Source: an uncultured Methanosarcinaceae archaeon (GTDB taxonomy: Archaea > Halobacteriota > Methanosarcinia > Methanosarcinales > Methanosarcinaceae). Taken from it: a stretch of 64,000 nt of DNA. Of this stretch, positions 22,728 through 34,581 are shown one piece after another. Each line of letters begins with the position of its first letter. The first letter of the stretch is position 1. A program made the position numbers and the translations under genes. The notes beneath the pieces were generated by a model, which had not been told where the DNA came from, made no database searches, and was given only the letters and a program-made list of their open reading frames with translations. The stretch is taken from assembly GCA_963733675.1 (NCBI GenBank), contig CAVTET010000012.1, positions 256,001 through 320,000 of the forward strand, in the 5' to 3' direction.

Positions 22728-24710
22728 ATGCAAAAACAGACAATCTATGGAATCGATATCTCCAAAGGATCTCCACGGGGAAGGGAGCTTCCCAGATACT
22801 CACTTGCTATTCTCAAAGACGGTAAGGTTTCTCATCAAATAATGCTCAGTCGCCAGAAAATATTTAACATGATCCAGAGAGATAAGCCAGATATAATAGC
22901 TGTTGACAACATTTTTGAGCTTGCTGCAGACAGAAGCGAGCTTATTTCTCTCATGGAACGACTGTCTGAAAGCATTAAACTTGTTCAGGTAACAGGTGGG
23001 CTACACCCAGAATCGCTTGTTAGGATTGCGCGGGAACACGGGATTTCTTTTGATCCTAAAAATCCTAATGATGAGGCTGAAGCATGTGCTCGCCTTGCAG
23101 ACCTTGGAGTTGGATCTGAGTTATCTCTATTTGAAGATATCACAAAAATCAAGGTGAGCAGAGCACGTTCACTTGGAAGAGGGGGCTGGAGCCAAAATCG
23201 GTACCGTAGGAAAGTACATGGAGCTGTACTGCAACGGAGTAGAGAGATTGAAAATATTCTGAGAGACCTCTCGCGGGAAAAAGGTATAATATTCGAAGCT
23301 CTAAATGTAAAAGGGTTCGGAGGTTATGTCAGGTCTGAGTTTACTGTGTATGCAAAACGCGGAGAGATACCAATACATTCTATGGCAAGTAATGATGCGC
23401 AAGTAATTGTAAAAAGCGTAGAGCGAGATAAAATTCGCTATGTGCCCCTCAAACAGAAGAAACTGAGGCGTAGATTCACAATAGTGGGAATCGATCCAGG
23501 AACAACTGTGGGCATAGCTATTCTATCTCTCGATGGAGACCTTCTCTATTTAAAAAGTTTTAGGGGAATAGCTCCTGATGAAGTTGTCAAGCTCATTGCT
23601 GAATACGGAAAACCTGCTGTGATTGCCAGCGACGTTACTCCAATGCCAGTTTCGGTTGAAAAAATTAGGCGGAGTTTCAATGCAGTCCCTGCGAGCCCTG
23701 GAATTGAGATTTCTGCTGAGGAAAAAATTGCGCTTGGAAAGGCTTTCGGTTACTCAAATGATCATGAAAGGGATGCATTGACTGCGGCTCTTCTCACCTA
23801 CAAAAGTTACAAGAATATTTTTACTCGGATTGAAAAAAAAGCCCAAGTAGATGCAGATCTTGAGCTTCTTAAGCTCTACGTAATTCGGGGAGATTCAATA
23901 GAAGATGCAATTGAAAAAATCAGAGCACCAGGAGCTCTTGTAAATACAAGGGTTCAGAAGATTCCGGAAAATCCAGGTGAAAGAGTAATTGATGAATCCC
24001 TTCTAAAAATGAGGGAGATCATCCAGCGGCAGAGGGAGCAGATTCAAAACTTGCAAATATATCTTGAGGAATTAAAGAAAGAACTAGCCATAAAAGACAA
24101 GAAAACTTCAAAGCTTGAGTCCAAGTTGAACGGCTTTAAAAGAGAGGCTTACAGCGAAGTTCGTAAATTAAAAGAGATCAAGACAAGGGATGAAATTATA
24201 GAAAGCCTGAAAAAAGAGCTCGGTCATAAAAATAAAACTTTAAAGGAACTCCGACACCGTAGCAACAAACTTCGGAAAATCCGAAAAATGGAAATCAGCG
24301 GCGTAGGTACCCCTGTAAAGTTGATTACCGCTTTTACAAAGGAATCGATTGCTGAAACAAAAGAAAAATATGGGTTTAGAGAAGGAGATGTAGTTTTCCT
24401 GGAAAATCCAAGTGGAGGCGGAGCTTCAACAGCCCAGATCCTTGTAGAATCAAAAGTTAAGGCAGTACTCATCCAGGAAGACATTTCGCATGCAGCAGAG
24501 GAAACCTTCTTTAAAGGAGGTGTACCTGTCTTAAGGGGCATCCCACTTGAAAGGGCCGACGATTTTGCAATAATAGAACCTGAAGTCCTTAAAGCTGCAA
24601 TTTCTACCTGGGAAAAAGAAGCTGAGATAAAAAACCGCAGAGCTAAAGAAGATCATCTAAAGATCCTCTTTGAAGAATACAGGAGTGAGAGGCGCAGAGG
24701 TCTTGTTTAA
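22728..24710 (+). CDS. DUF460 protein (RNase H-like domains plus coiled coil)
   Basis: GIDI, GRGGWSQNRYRR, GIDPGTT and NDHERDAL motifs. Confidence 0.88.
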   Translation: MQKQTIYGIDISKGSPRGRELPRYSLAILKDGKVSHQIMLSRQKIFNMIQRDKPDIIAVDNIFELAADRSELISLMERLSESIKLVQVTGGLHPESLVRIAREHGISFDPKNPNDEAEACARLADLGVGSELSLFEDITKIKVSRARSLGRGGWSQNRYRRKVHGAVLQRSREIENILRDLSREKGIIFEALNVKGFGGYVRSEFTVYAKRGEIPIHSMASNDAQVIVKSVERDKIRYVPLKQKKLRRRFTIVGIDPGTTVGIAILSLDGDLLYLKSFRGIAPDEVVKLIAEYGKPAVIASDVTPMPVSVEKIRRSFNAVPASPGIEISAEEKIALGKAFGYSNDHERDALTAALLTYKSYKNIFTRIEKKAQVDADLELLKLYVIRGDSIEDAIEKIRAPGALVNTRVQKIPENPGERVIDESLLKMREIIQRQREQIQNLQIYLEELKKELAIKDKKTSKLESKLNGFKREAYSEVRKLKEIKTRDEIIESLKKELGHKNKTLKELRHRSNKLRKIRKMEISGVGTPVKLITAFTKESIAETKEKYGFREGDVVFLENPSGGGASTAQILVESKVKAVLIQEDISHAAEETFFKGGVPVLRGIPLERADDFAIIEPEVLKAAISTWEKEAEIKNRRAKEDHLKILFEEYRSERRRGLV

Positions 24711-24875
24711 GATTTACCTTTAAATTTCTCTTAAATTTAGAATGTATTTTAGTTCCTTAAAAAGCCTTTATTTCCTATCAGAAAAGATATTTTACCCTGT
24801 TACACTCAGAAGAATTAAAATGATAACATCTGCATCCAGCAAATCCAAAAATCTTGGAGATTCGTCATCAACATG

Positions 24876-25640
24876 ATAAAGCTCCAGCTTTGTGCATCTA
24901 GCTTAGTCAATGTATCTGCTGAAATCAGTTCTTAAAGGATTTTCCTGCTTCAGTGAACGAAGGACCAGAACATGGACATACGGCACGTCGGCATCATTAT
25001 ACAGTGAGCGGTGTCTCATCATCTCGAAGTGCTGGTGTGTTGCCTGTTTGATGCATTGAAATCATCGAATGTCTTTGCAAAACTTGCACCTTAGATAGGT
25101 AATTGGCTTATACCGTTGATATATCAGATGACTCAATTCCTAAGCACTCCAGAACTGTAGGTAACATATCGATAGCGTGGGCATACTGAGTGCGAATCTG
25201 GCCTTTAGCCTTAATTCCTCTTGGCCAGTGAACTATAAATGGGTTACTAATGCCGCCGCGATAAGTCTCTCGTTTCCAACGGCGGAAGGGTGTATTTACA
25301 GCAAATGTCCAGCCTCCTGCATAATGGTTGTAAGTCTCTGGATCCCAAATTTATCCGAGATGTGAGATTATCCTCTACATATTCAGGCACATTATTGAAA
25401 AATCTGAGCTCGTTAATTGATCCCATGGGACTACTTTGAGGTTTGCCCCGTCACGTGACATTACCATGATCAATGTATTCCCAAACTCACCAATATCTTT
25501 CAGGAACTAAAACTAGCGACTAATGTAGTAATCGGTAGGTCTGTTCTAGGAACCCAGCAAAAAACTCCACCTTGAGGGCATAGACTTTCTTATTTGAGAT
25601 GAGCATTGGTTCGAGGGCTTGACTGCCGGATCATGGCGAG
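24876..25640 (-). pseudogene. Arylsulfatase internal remnant (copy 2), heavily decayed
   Basis: Nucleotide similarity to 10225-11000 (e.g. gtgggcatactgagtgcgaatctggcctttagcc identical); many stops and indels. Confidence 0.85.
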
Positions 25641-26003
25641 ATTTATTTCTTTTGGAAATGTAAAACATTATACAGTAAAAATTAGATTAATCCTTATGAA
25701 TTAAAGCTGAATTCATATTTTAAGTAGTCTGGATTTACTAAATCTAGTCAAACAATAATCAAAAGTTTTTCTGAATTTCGACAAATTTGACTGGTAGTCT
25801 TAAGGATACTTCGTCCTTCAGATTGAAGTTGAAGTTCACAATTTAATTTTATTTCCAATATGCACTTAGTACTATTTTTCGATTTTTTTTCGTTAGGCGC
25901 CTCAGAAGGGTTAATTAATAAAAATTTGCTTTAGCAGATGAAAACTCAAACTTTAGTTATACTGTAAACTTAATTATGAAGATGTCAACTACTTAAAGAC
26001 TAA

Positions 26004-26872
26004 GAGCCTATTGGAAAAATAATATACTTTCAATTTCAGATCATGTGTGGTAATGACAAAACTGAAAATTGTTCAGCACTACGAACTTTCTGAAGATTAT
26101 TGGAAAAAATAGAACCTTTACTACTGTACCTAAGCCAAAAAAGAAGTCTGAAAGACCTAGAAAGGGTGATAGGAAAATAATGAGTGGCATTTTCTATCTC
26201 CTTGTTACTGGTTACCAATGGAAAGCATTGCCACGATTTTATGGAGCTCCAAGCACTGTACATGATCGATTTCAGGAATAGCGACGATCAGGCTTATTTG
26301 AGAGCATGTGGCTGGCTGGTCTTGTTGAGTATGATTTCGAAAAATGATTTAGAATGGGAATGACAATCAATTGATGGTGCTATGACAAAAACACCATTAG
26401 GTGGAGCTGGAACAGAAGCCAATCCTACTGATCGTGGCAAAAAAGGTACAAAAAGGATTGTTTTAACTGATGGTAAAGGCATACCACTTTCTGTTGTCGT
26501 TGATGGAGCCAATCGTCACGATAAAAAGCTTGTAAAAAGGACTTTAGACGCCATATTCTTTGAAAGACCTTCTCCAGAAGACATAATTCAGAATATATGC
26601 ATGGATAAGGGTTATGATTTCACAGATATCAGAAAATTGGTTGAAGACTATGGTTATACTGCGCATATCAAAAGTCGTGGAGAAGAAAACATAAGAAGGT
26701 ACATACCTGGTTTTAGGGCAAGAAGATGGGTTGTAGAAAGGGCACATTCTTGGTTGAATAGATTCAGAGACTCCTTATAAGATGGGAAAAGAAAATTGAA
26801 AATTACCTTGCTGTCCTACATTTAGCGTGCGCATTGATAACTTCAGATCAGCAGGACTTTTCGGATAGCCTC
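26004..26872 (+). mobile_element. IS5-family (IS1031-like) element with inactivated transposase
   Basis: Ends GAGCCTATTGGAAAA and TTTTCGGATAGCCTC, flanked by TAA and TTA; motifs TGYQWKALP, DKGYD, RWVVERAHSW; internal stops. Confidence 0.9.
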
Positions 26873-27050
26873 TTATTCCTAAAAAAGAAAAAAGTTGAAG
26901 GTCTTATACTTATTTTTATGACCATTGCTAGTGGATTTTTTTCGGGTATTTTTGTGCAGGATTATAAAAGTATTTAGACCTATCTGCACTTCGCATATAA
27001 TCTTATTGTTTTTATATTTCTCAGTTGTTGTTATCTTTTATGGGTTAAGG

Positions 27051-27359
27051 CTAAACAATGGGGTTAAAATGGCCTGAAACTGTACCGGCTGGTATCTCTC
27101 CCAAGTAGGGGAAGCTGGTTGCTGGGGAAGGACAAGATACAACCCAGGCTCCTGCGCCATTATAAACATACTGACAAGGGCCTGACCAGTTCCAACCCCA
27201 GCCAAAGCTATCACCCCAGCTTCCTCCTCCTCCCCAAGGTCCACCACGGTACCAACCAGGACTTGCACTCGCTGTCACTGCTGTCAAAGATACTACGAAA
27301 AGGACTGCCAGCAAAATGGACAAAACCTTTTTCATTCTACTAGATATATGTTTCAACAT
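27051..27359 (-). CDS. Small secreted protein (conserved-leader family, member 3)
   Basis: Leader differs by one residue from 15309-15536; Gly/Trp-rich mature part with two Cys. Confidence 0.8.
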   Translation of the reverse strand: MLKHISSRMKKVLSILLAVLFVVSLTAVTASASPGWYRGGPWGGGGSWGDSFGWGWNWSGPCQYVYNGAGAWVVSCPSPATSFPYLGEIPAGTVSGHFNPIV

Positions 27360-27980
27360 CTATTTCACTCCTTTTTATCAAATTCTATACAATTTTAATC
27401 CGGTTGAAACTTGCGCAGCTAAATTGAAAAAGCACATTATTGACAACATTGTGATTGTCCTTTCAAATCTCGTTTATTTTGTATTCCTTTATCGACACTA
27501 GGACATTTGTATGTGATTCTCAGTTTAACTATGCAAGTTCAGGACCATTATTAATTATCATTATTATTTATAAATCATTTTATATTAATTCATATATATT
27601 CTTTAAAAGTGGCATCCGAATATTTATTAATTGTGCTTTATAGGTACTAAACAAGGTGTAAATAACAAAGTTATGTTTAAGAAGCAAAGTGGTTGTGGTA
27701 TCCTATAACTAGAAGCCAGTATTGAGATTAGTAGTCTCAATACTCCTTGATGTAAATGAATATTGGTAACAGGAAACAAGTATGTAATAATGGAACAGCA
27801 ATCACAACAGAAGATTAAGGAAGACAGTGCCTAAATTCCGATATTGGTCTTCTATATAACATTTGTACTCTTTAATCATTTTTTGGAATTTTTCTCATGA
27901 GTTACTCGCAGGGTAGAAGGTTTATAGACTTTATGCATTATTCTATATCCATCAGGCACTCTGCCACTGAAATTGGAAAA

Positions 27981-28013
27981 ATGCATAGATTTTGTCACAC
28001 AAAAACTGTGCAT
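27981..28013 (-). repeat. Dispersed palindromic site, copy D
   Basis: Reverse complement ATGCACAG TTTTTGTGTGACAAAAT CTATGCAT; flank 27878-27980 homologous to 49848-49950. Confidence 0.8.
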
Positions 28014-28646
28014 CTTAGATTAAATAAGACTCTAAAATTGAGTACCTCAAACATTTAATATTCTTTACATATAGAATGTTTTATTAGTAGTTCAGAGAAT
28101 ACCAAAAAAGTTGGAAAATGACTAAATTATTCCCTATACTTCTTGATATTTGAACACTAGTTAGCAAGTCTAGTGAGCGAAAACTTAAAGGAATCTTCGC
28201 TTTTTTCTAATATAAGCCATGGTTGATTAAAGTTTCACCATTTTTTAACTTCTCCATGTATTTTAAAGATATTCAGCTTGCTTCAAAAGTGAATATATAA
28301 AGATGCCTATCCGAAAAATTATCAATTGCATGTTGTGAAGTGCCTAGGCAGGGAGCGGGAAAGACACATAAACTTTGTGAGCTCATTACCCATGGTGACG
28401 TTCGAATCTTGCAGTTAATAATTACCCATTAACTGATTAAAGATTCTACTTTAGAAGAATTATAAGGATATATTTTTATAATTTTCATTCCATAACATAT
28501 TTTCAAGATATCAAAGGTGAAATTTTTGGATGCCAAGAGTAGTAATCTTGATTCAGAAAAAATTTTAGTCTCATTTACCATACTTCTTTAATAGACAAAG
28601 TTAGATTAAAACTTGAAAGTGGTTCCCCTGTGTTAAAATTTTGCTT

Positions 28647-31600
28647 TTAGACTTTTAACGACTCAACCGGTAAAGTAAAATAAAAAGTTGAACCTTTGCC
28701 TAATTCAGATTCGACCCATATACGTCCACCATGTCTTTCTACAACTTTTTTACAAATCGCAAGCCCTATTCCTGTTCCGGGATATTTTTCCCTGGTATGC
28801 AATCTTTTGAAAACTTCAAATATTTTTTCCGAATATTGTGGATCAATCCCAATTCCGTTGTCCTGCACTGAAAATACCCATTCATTTGCTTTTTTCTCTG
28901 CAGATATGTGAATTTGGGGTGCTTCTTCATTGTGGAACTTCATTCCATTGAAAATCAAATTCTGAAACACCTGAACCAACTGGGTAGAATCTACTATTAT
29001 ATCAGGCAAAGTATCATGAGATATAGTAGCTTTATTTTCATTTATAACCACTTTTAAACCAGCTAGTGCCTGATTCAAAATAAATTTACAATTTGTAGTT
29101 TTAGGTTCCCTTACAGTCCTATTCACACGGGAATATTCCAAAAGGTCATTTATTAGATTTTGCATACGGGAAGCCCCGTCTACAGCGAAGTGTATGTACT
29201 TATCCGCCCTATCATCTAGATTATCCTGATATCTCTTTTGTAAAAGCTGCAAATAACTTGTTATCATCCGTAGTGGTTCTTGCAAGTCATGAGATGAAAC
29301 GTAAGCAAATTGTTCTAATTCTTCATTTGAGATGGCAAGTTCTTCTAATTTCAACTTTAAAGTTTCGTCGGCTGTTTTACGCTCAGTGATGTCAGTGAGC
29401 ATGCTCAGAGAACCCATAAAATTGCTATCTTTATTAAAAAAGGCTTTATAACTTATATGAATCCATGCAGATGAGCCATCTGTCTTTATTAATTTCAATT
29501 CATAGCTCTCATTGATACCCTGCCGACTCTTTTCCAGATTCAGTTTGACAATATCCTTACTTTCTTCACTTATGAAGCCCCATATCGGTCTGTCAATACC
29601 TTCTTCAAGAGAGTATCCGAGTATATCAGTCAGTTTCCTATTGGCATAAGTAACTACAGCTTCATCATCAATTATGAGTATACCTTCGTTTGCCGTCTCG
29701 ACGATGTTGCGGTACTTTTCCTCACTTTCCCGAAGCTTTTCTTCTGCTGCTTTTCCGTCAGTAATATCCCTTCCAATACAGGAGATAGCTACAAACTTTC
29801 CAGATGAGTCAAAAATCGGAGAAAGAGTAATTGAAACATTTATTACTGTACCATCCTTTTTTAACCGTAAAGTTTCATAATGCTGGATCTTTTCTTCCTG
29901 TTTAGTCTTTTTAATTAACAGTTTTATTTCCCCTTTAAGATCATCTGGTTCAAGTATTGATACATCTTTTCCCAGGATCTCTTCTGCTGAATAACCATAA
30001 ATTTTCCTTGCTCCCATATTCCAACTTTTAACGGTACCATCAAGAGACTCAGTTATGATAGCATCATTCGATGACTCTACAGCACTCGCAAGTGCTTGAA
30101 TTTTCTCGTCTGCTTTTTTAAGCTTAGTAACATCACGAGCTGCAGCAAAGACACCAATAACCTCACCTGATTCGTCTATATAAATTGAAGCGTTGTATAA
30201 AACAGGTATTATCATTCCACTCTTATGCTGAATTTCAAGCGCATAGTCAGACACAAATCCTTCCTTGAACACTTCTTGATATACTTTCTTAGCTTTCTTA
30301 GGCTCAGTGAAATAGTTTGTAAAGTCAGTGCCAATGAGTTCGTCCCGTAAATAACCAGTAACAAACTCTGTAGAAGTGTTTGCATCAGTAATTTTACCAT
30401 CATGCCCAATGGTTATTAAAGGATCCAAGCTAGCTTCAATTAAACTACGATTATAACTATTTGACAACCTAATTTTTTCTTCAGCCAGCTTGATCTCGTG
30501 GATATCGGTACAAGTACCGAACCACTTGTCTATCACTCCGCTATCATCGAAGAAGGGGACTCCACGAACGACGGCAGCCACCAGCGATAAGTGCCATCGG
30601 CACTGCGCAGTTGGCATTCAAGCGAATAGGAATCGTTGTTGTGTACTGCATTTTGCCAGGCATCCCAAGCGCGTTTTTGGTCAGCGGGGTGCAAGGGCTT
30701 GTTCCAACCATGGCCATAGCTTTCTTTCATTGTAAGGCCGGTATACTCCACCCATTGATGGTTGAAATATGTGTTCCAGCCATCTGCCCTTGTGATCCAA
30801 ACAATTTGGGGCATCGCCCGGCCAGGGCGTGGAACCTCTCCTCACTCTCACGCAGCATCTTTTCTGTTTTTTTGCGCTCTGTGATGTCGATATCCATCTT
30901 GAGTATCATAGGCGAACCATCAACGTCGGTGAACGGAAAATCAAAGGCATCAATTATTTTCCAGTCCGGGCCGTTGGACTCCCAATGATGGGGTTTTCCG
31001 GTCTCAAGTACTTTATAGGATTCGCAGAACTCACACTTATTGGTGAACCCAAAACGGGATTCATAACAATGCAATCCGCTGGAAACACCGAAATGTTCGC
31101 GGTAGCTGCGGTTGGCAAAGGCAATGCGATAGTCAGATGTCAAAAGACATATCATTGCTGGCAGCATTTCTAGAATGTCAAAGAGCCGCCGTCGTTCAGC
31201 TTCGACAACTTCGGCAACTCTGCGACTTGCTTCGCTCTCTAGCAGTGCTTGCTCTGCTTTTTTTTTCTCGGTGATATCTATTTGAGTGGTGATGAGACGA
31301 TCGCCATTAACAATATACGAAGTGAGGAGTTCCTTGTCCACGTAAGAGCTATGGTACTGGAACCTTAACAGCCTTATTCGACAGCTTTGCCTCCTCGATC
31401 ATGGGAAGATGGAATGCAGCTCTCTCACAGCCGAGTACTTCTGATCCCCTTTTTCCTTTGGCCTCATCAATATTTTTCAGACCAAGGAGCTTGAATCCAG
31501 CAGGATTGAGATCCTCGAAAATCCAGTCGACAACTTTACCCTGTTCATCGTAGATAAGTCGATTAATGAAGAAGGCCTCCTGCAAAGTCTCGAATAGGCC

Positions 31601-33449
31601 ACGATACCTGATCTCGCTCACCCGCAGATTCTCATATGCTTCATAAAGTTCCTTTGACTGAGCCTGTAACTCTTCGTTTTGTGCATGGAGCTCTTCAGAC
31701 TGAGCCTGCAAATCCTCGGATTGCGTTTGGAGATTCTCTTGAGCTTTCTGCAAAGATTCATCAGCTTTTGTTTTGGCTATGGCCACGGCCAGATAGTCTG
31801 CCAGCCGTTCCAACATCAAGATCATTTCCGGAGTAAATCTACCTTTACATCGTCGTTCAACTGGAGAAGGACCTGGCCTCTCCTCACCCACACGCAGAGC
31901 TATCAGAGCCACAGATTCATAGCCTTCACCATTACATCTGTTATGCGTGTGGGCCTGGCGGTCAGCATCAGTCGTTGTGGCCAGCAGTTCCGTGGTACAG
32001 TTGGTACAGAAACTCCCCAGTGTCGTGAAAAATGGCTTAGATGGATCGAACCTTCCACAGATAACGTTGCCACACATACATTCATGGATAGGATAGCCAT
32101 CAATATCGTGGATAAGCTGTCCGGAAGCATATCGCAAGAAGAGACTGTTCTCCAACTTAACGAATTCCGCTGGAAACCCACTTGTCTCGAAATATGGATA
32201 ATCTTCATCATCCTTGAGCCGGATGCCAACGGCTTCGAAACCGGAGCGCTCGCGGAAGAAATTAACGGCAGAATGAACCAAGTCTACTGTACTTCGGCTC
32301 TTATTCACGAGCTGTAAGAACTCCACCATCATCTCACTTTCCTGCTCTGCCCTTTTACGCTCGGTGATACCTACGGAAAAGCCCATAGTACCTAACAGCG
32401 TACCGTCCTTCGCGAGCCACGGTGACTTTGTAGAGAGATAAATCCGAAGAGAGCCGTCTGGCAATCGGACTGACTCCTCGGTAACCAGGGACTGACGCGT
32501 CTCGCGGACTATCCTGTCATTTTTCATCACAGCTTCACTAATAAGTGGGTCAGAATAGAAATCGACGTCTGTCTTACCCAAAATTTCATCTGCTAACTTA
32601 CCAAAAAAACGCAAAAAGGAATCGCTCGCATAGACTATCCGAGACTGACAGTCCTTGGCGAATAAGAGCTCAGACGAGTTTTGTGAAATTGCATCCATTA
32701 TCTCGGTTGTCTTCTGTAGTTTCTCTGACCGAATCTGCACCTCCTTAGAGTGCAACTTGAGATTCTCGTAAGCTTCACGAAGATCGCCTTCCGATTTTTG
32801 TCTCTGAAGAGCCTGTATAATCGCTGGTGCAATAGCTTCAAGATCCTCCTGCTGCTCGGAACTATAGCCACCGTCACGATTTGCAACCCCCAGCATGCCA
32901 ACTATTTTCCTATCTAAGACTAAGGGCACACCAAGAAACGACGTGATCGGGGGATGATCGTGTAGCACATCGATATTGTATGGATGCGATAGCGGATCAT
33001 TGGTAAAAAAGCCTTTTTCATTGTTAATGATACTACCGTACAAGCCATGTACTACAAAATTTTCTTGGGGACGGCGATGCCCAATCTGGTCATACATCAG
33101 GCATTGTTCCCATCCAATCTCGCTGATTGCAATATCATGCAATAAATCCATCATCACCCAATAAATTAACGAAACCAAGCGGGCTGCCAGTGATTTTTAA
33201 AGCTACCGATAGACACTCATTTCCAAGTTCTTCTTCTGTTTTATCCCGCACGACAATGCTGAAGATCCGGTTGATTCCTTCAAGAATAAGGTTGTTTCTG
33301 TTTAAAGCTTTATTAGCTTTTTCCAGCTCAGCTGTCTGTTCCTGGACTAGGAGCTCCAATTTGTCAGTACCCCAACGATCAGAAATACTCATAAATCTCC
33401 AATTTTGCTTTAATCGACATTCTGCAGATATACACAACTGTAAATTCAT
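28647..33449 (-). pseudogene. Multi-GAF/PAS sensor histidine kinase, frameshifted into several ORFs
   Basis: [10 protein letters not shown]-box, QVFQNLI, DNGIGI and GTGIGLAI; PAS/PAC repeats (DITERK) and GAF segments in ORFs 33135-33449, 31349-33178, 30727-31341, 30533-30814 and 28647-30617. Confidence 0.88.
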
Positions 33450-33699
33450 AATTTAATTATTTTTAATTTTATGTCTATCACTGAATTTGGAACCAAATTT
33501 CTCTGATTTTTTAGTAGCTTTTCTACTTAAGTCTAACTTTATGTGATTTTGTATCCAACCAGTCAGGACTCCACAGGAAGCAGCCAATAACACTGAAATT
33601 AAATGATATATGTTAGAGCTGCGAAAACAGATCAAAGTCAAAGATAACCAGATGTACTTAAAGATAATGATGAACTCCAACTGGCCAGAATGGCCGGTT

Positions 33700-33900
33700 T
33701 GAAAACTTAGATCCAAGCACTTTACCAACAGATGAACATTAATGACAAGCAGCACACTAAGGACGAGTAGATAGAAAAACTAAATAGAATATGCATAAAC
33801 GGGTGCATATCAAAAGTTTAATCAAGGAAAATAACAGGCTAAAAATTAAGCTGCTTCCGGAAAATGTAGAAAAGAATAAGCCTTGGTGGCGATTTTGGTA
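33700..33900 (+). pseudogene. C-terminal remnant of a coiled-coil protein ending KPWWRFW
   Basis: VHIKSLIKENNRLKIKLLPENVEKNKPWWRFW* with broken upstream frame; start approximate. Confidence 0.5.
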
Positions 33901-33907
33901 AGTCAGA

Positions 33908-34348
33908 CTACAATTCTTCAACCATAGATAACTTATCTAGAATTTTATTTCTAATTGCATATGTGTCCGTAATTCTTATATCAACATTTGTGTTTTTATT
34001 ATCTGATACAACATTTGTTTTACGATATAATCTCCTTCCAAATTCTTCAGGAAACCGTCTTTCTAGAATCCAGATGCAAACTTGACAGTTCCCAGTTTTT
34101 GCAGCATCATTTAGTCGCTCCAAAAGTTCTTTAGCCGCATCAGCATTGCATTTGTTAATATACTGTGAAAACTGAAAATATTTGCCAAATTTTTCTGTCT
34201 TTCCCCTTTTAATCCAATCATTAAACGTTTGATATGTTATGCCGGCTGCTGAAGCAGCGAGAGCATAAGTAAGTCCAAGCGCAATATTTTCACCGATTTT
34301 CTGTTGTATTTTTGGAGTTAATTTCGTAGGTCTTGCCATTGATAGCAC
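33908..34348 (-). CDS. HTH DNA-binding protein resembling phage terminase small subunit
   Basis: MARPTKLTP...AAGITYQTFNDW...WILERRFPEEFG pattern. Confidence 0.6.
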   Translation of the reverse strand: MLSMARPTKLTPKIQQKIGENIALGLTYALAASAAGITYQTFNDWIKRGKTEKFGKYFQFSQYINKCNADAAKELLERLNDAAKTGNCQVCIWILERRFPEEFGRRLYRKTNVVSDNKNTNVDIRITDTYAIRNKILDKLSMVEEL

Positions 34349-34581
34349 CGCTTTTACACTTTAAAATAACTATCAATGAATGTTGTATTTATATTTACTT
34401 AGTTCTCTTAGACACAACAGCAGGGTTTAGATATGTCAAATCAAAAAAATGAGCCATTCTCCGAGTTTTAAGCCGTTTTTTGGCATAGTAATGATTCCTA
34501 TAGAACTTCCAATAAAAGTTTCTCTCAAAATTTGTTCTATAAATCTATATTAGGAGATAAAATCAATATGATATTCAATCT

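Noticed and set aside
938-25840. Short hairpins resembling IS200/IS605 ends (about 940, 9345, 13480, 25800)
   Set aside because: Degenerate, with no associated tnpA or tnpB.
27719-27743. Hairpins GTATTGAGA-N7-TCTCAATAC (also about 13745 and 15629-15679)
   Set aside because: Isolated palindromes, plausibly operators, with no evidence for a specific function.
28335-28420. Walker-A-like GR(G)AGKT fragment suggesting a terminase large subunit
   Set aside because: Only a few residues, needs a frameshift, and has no supporting flanking similarity.
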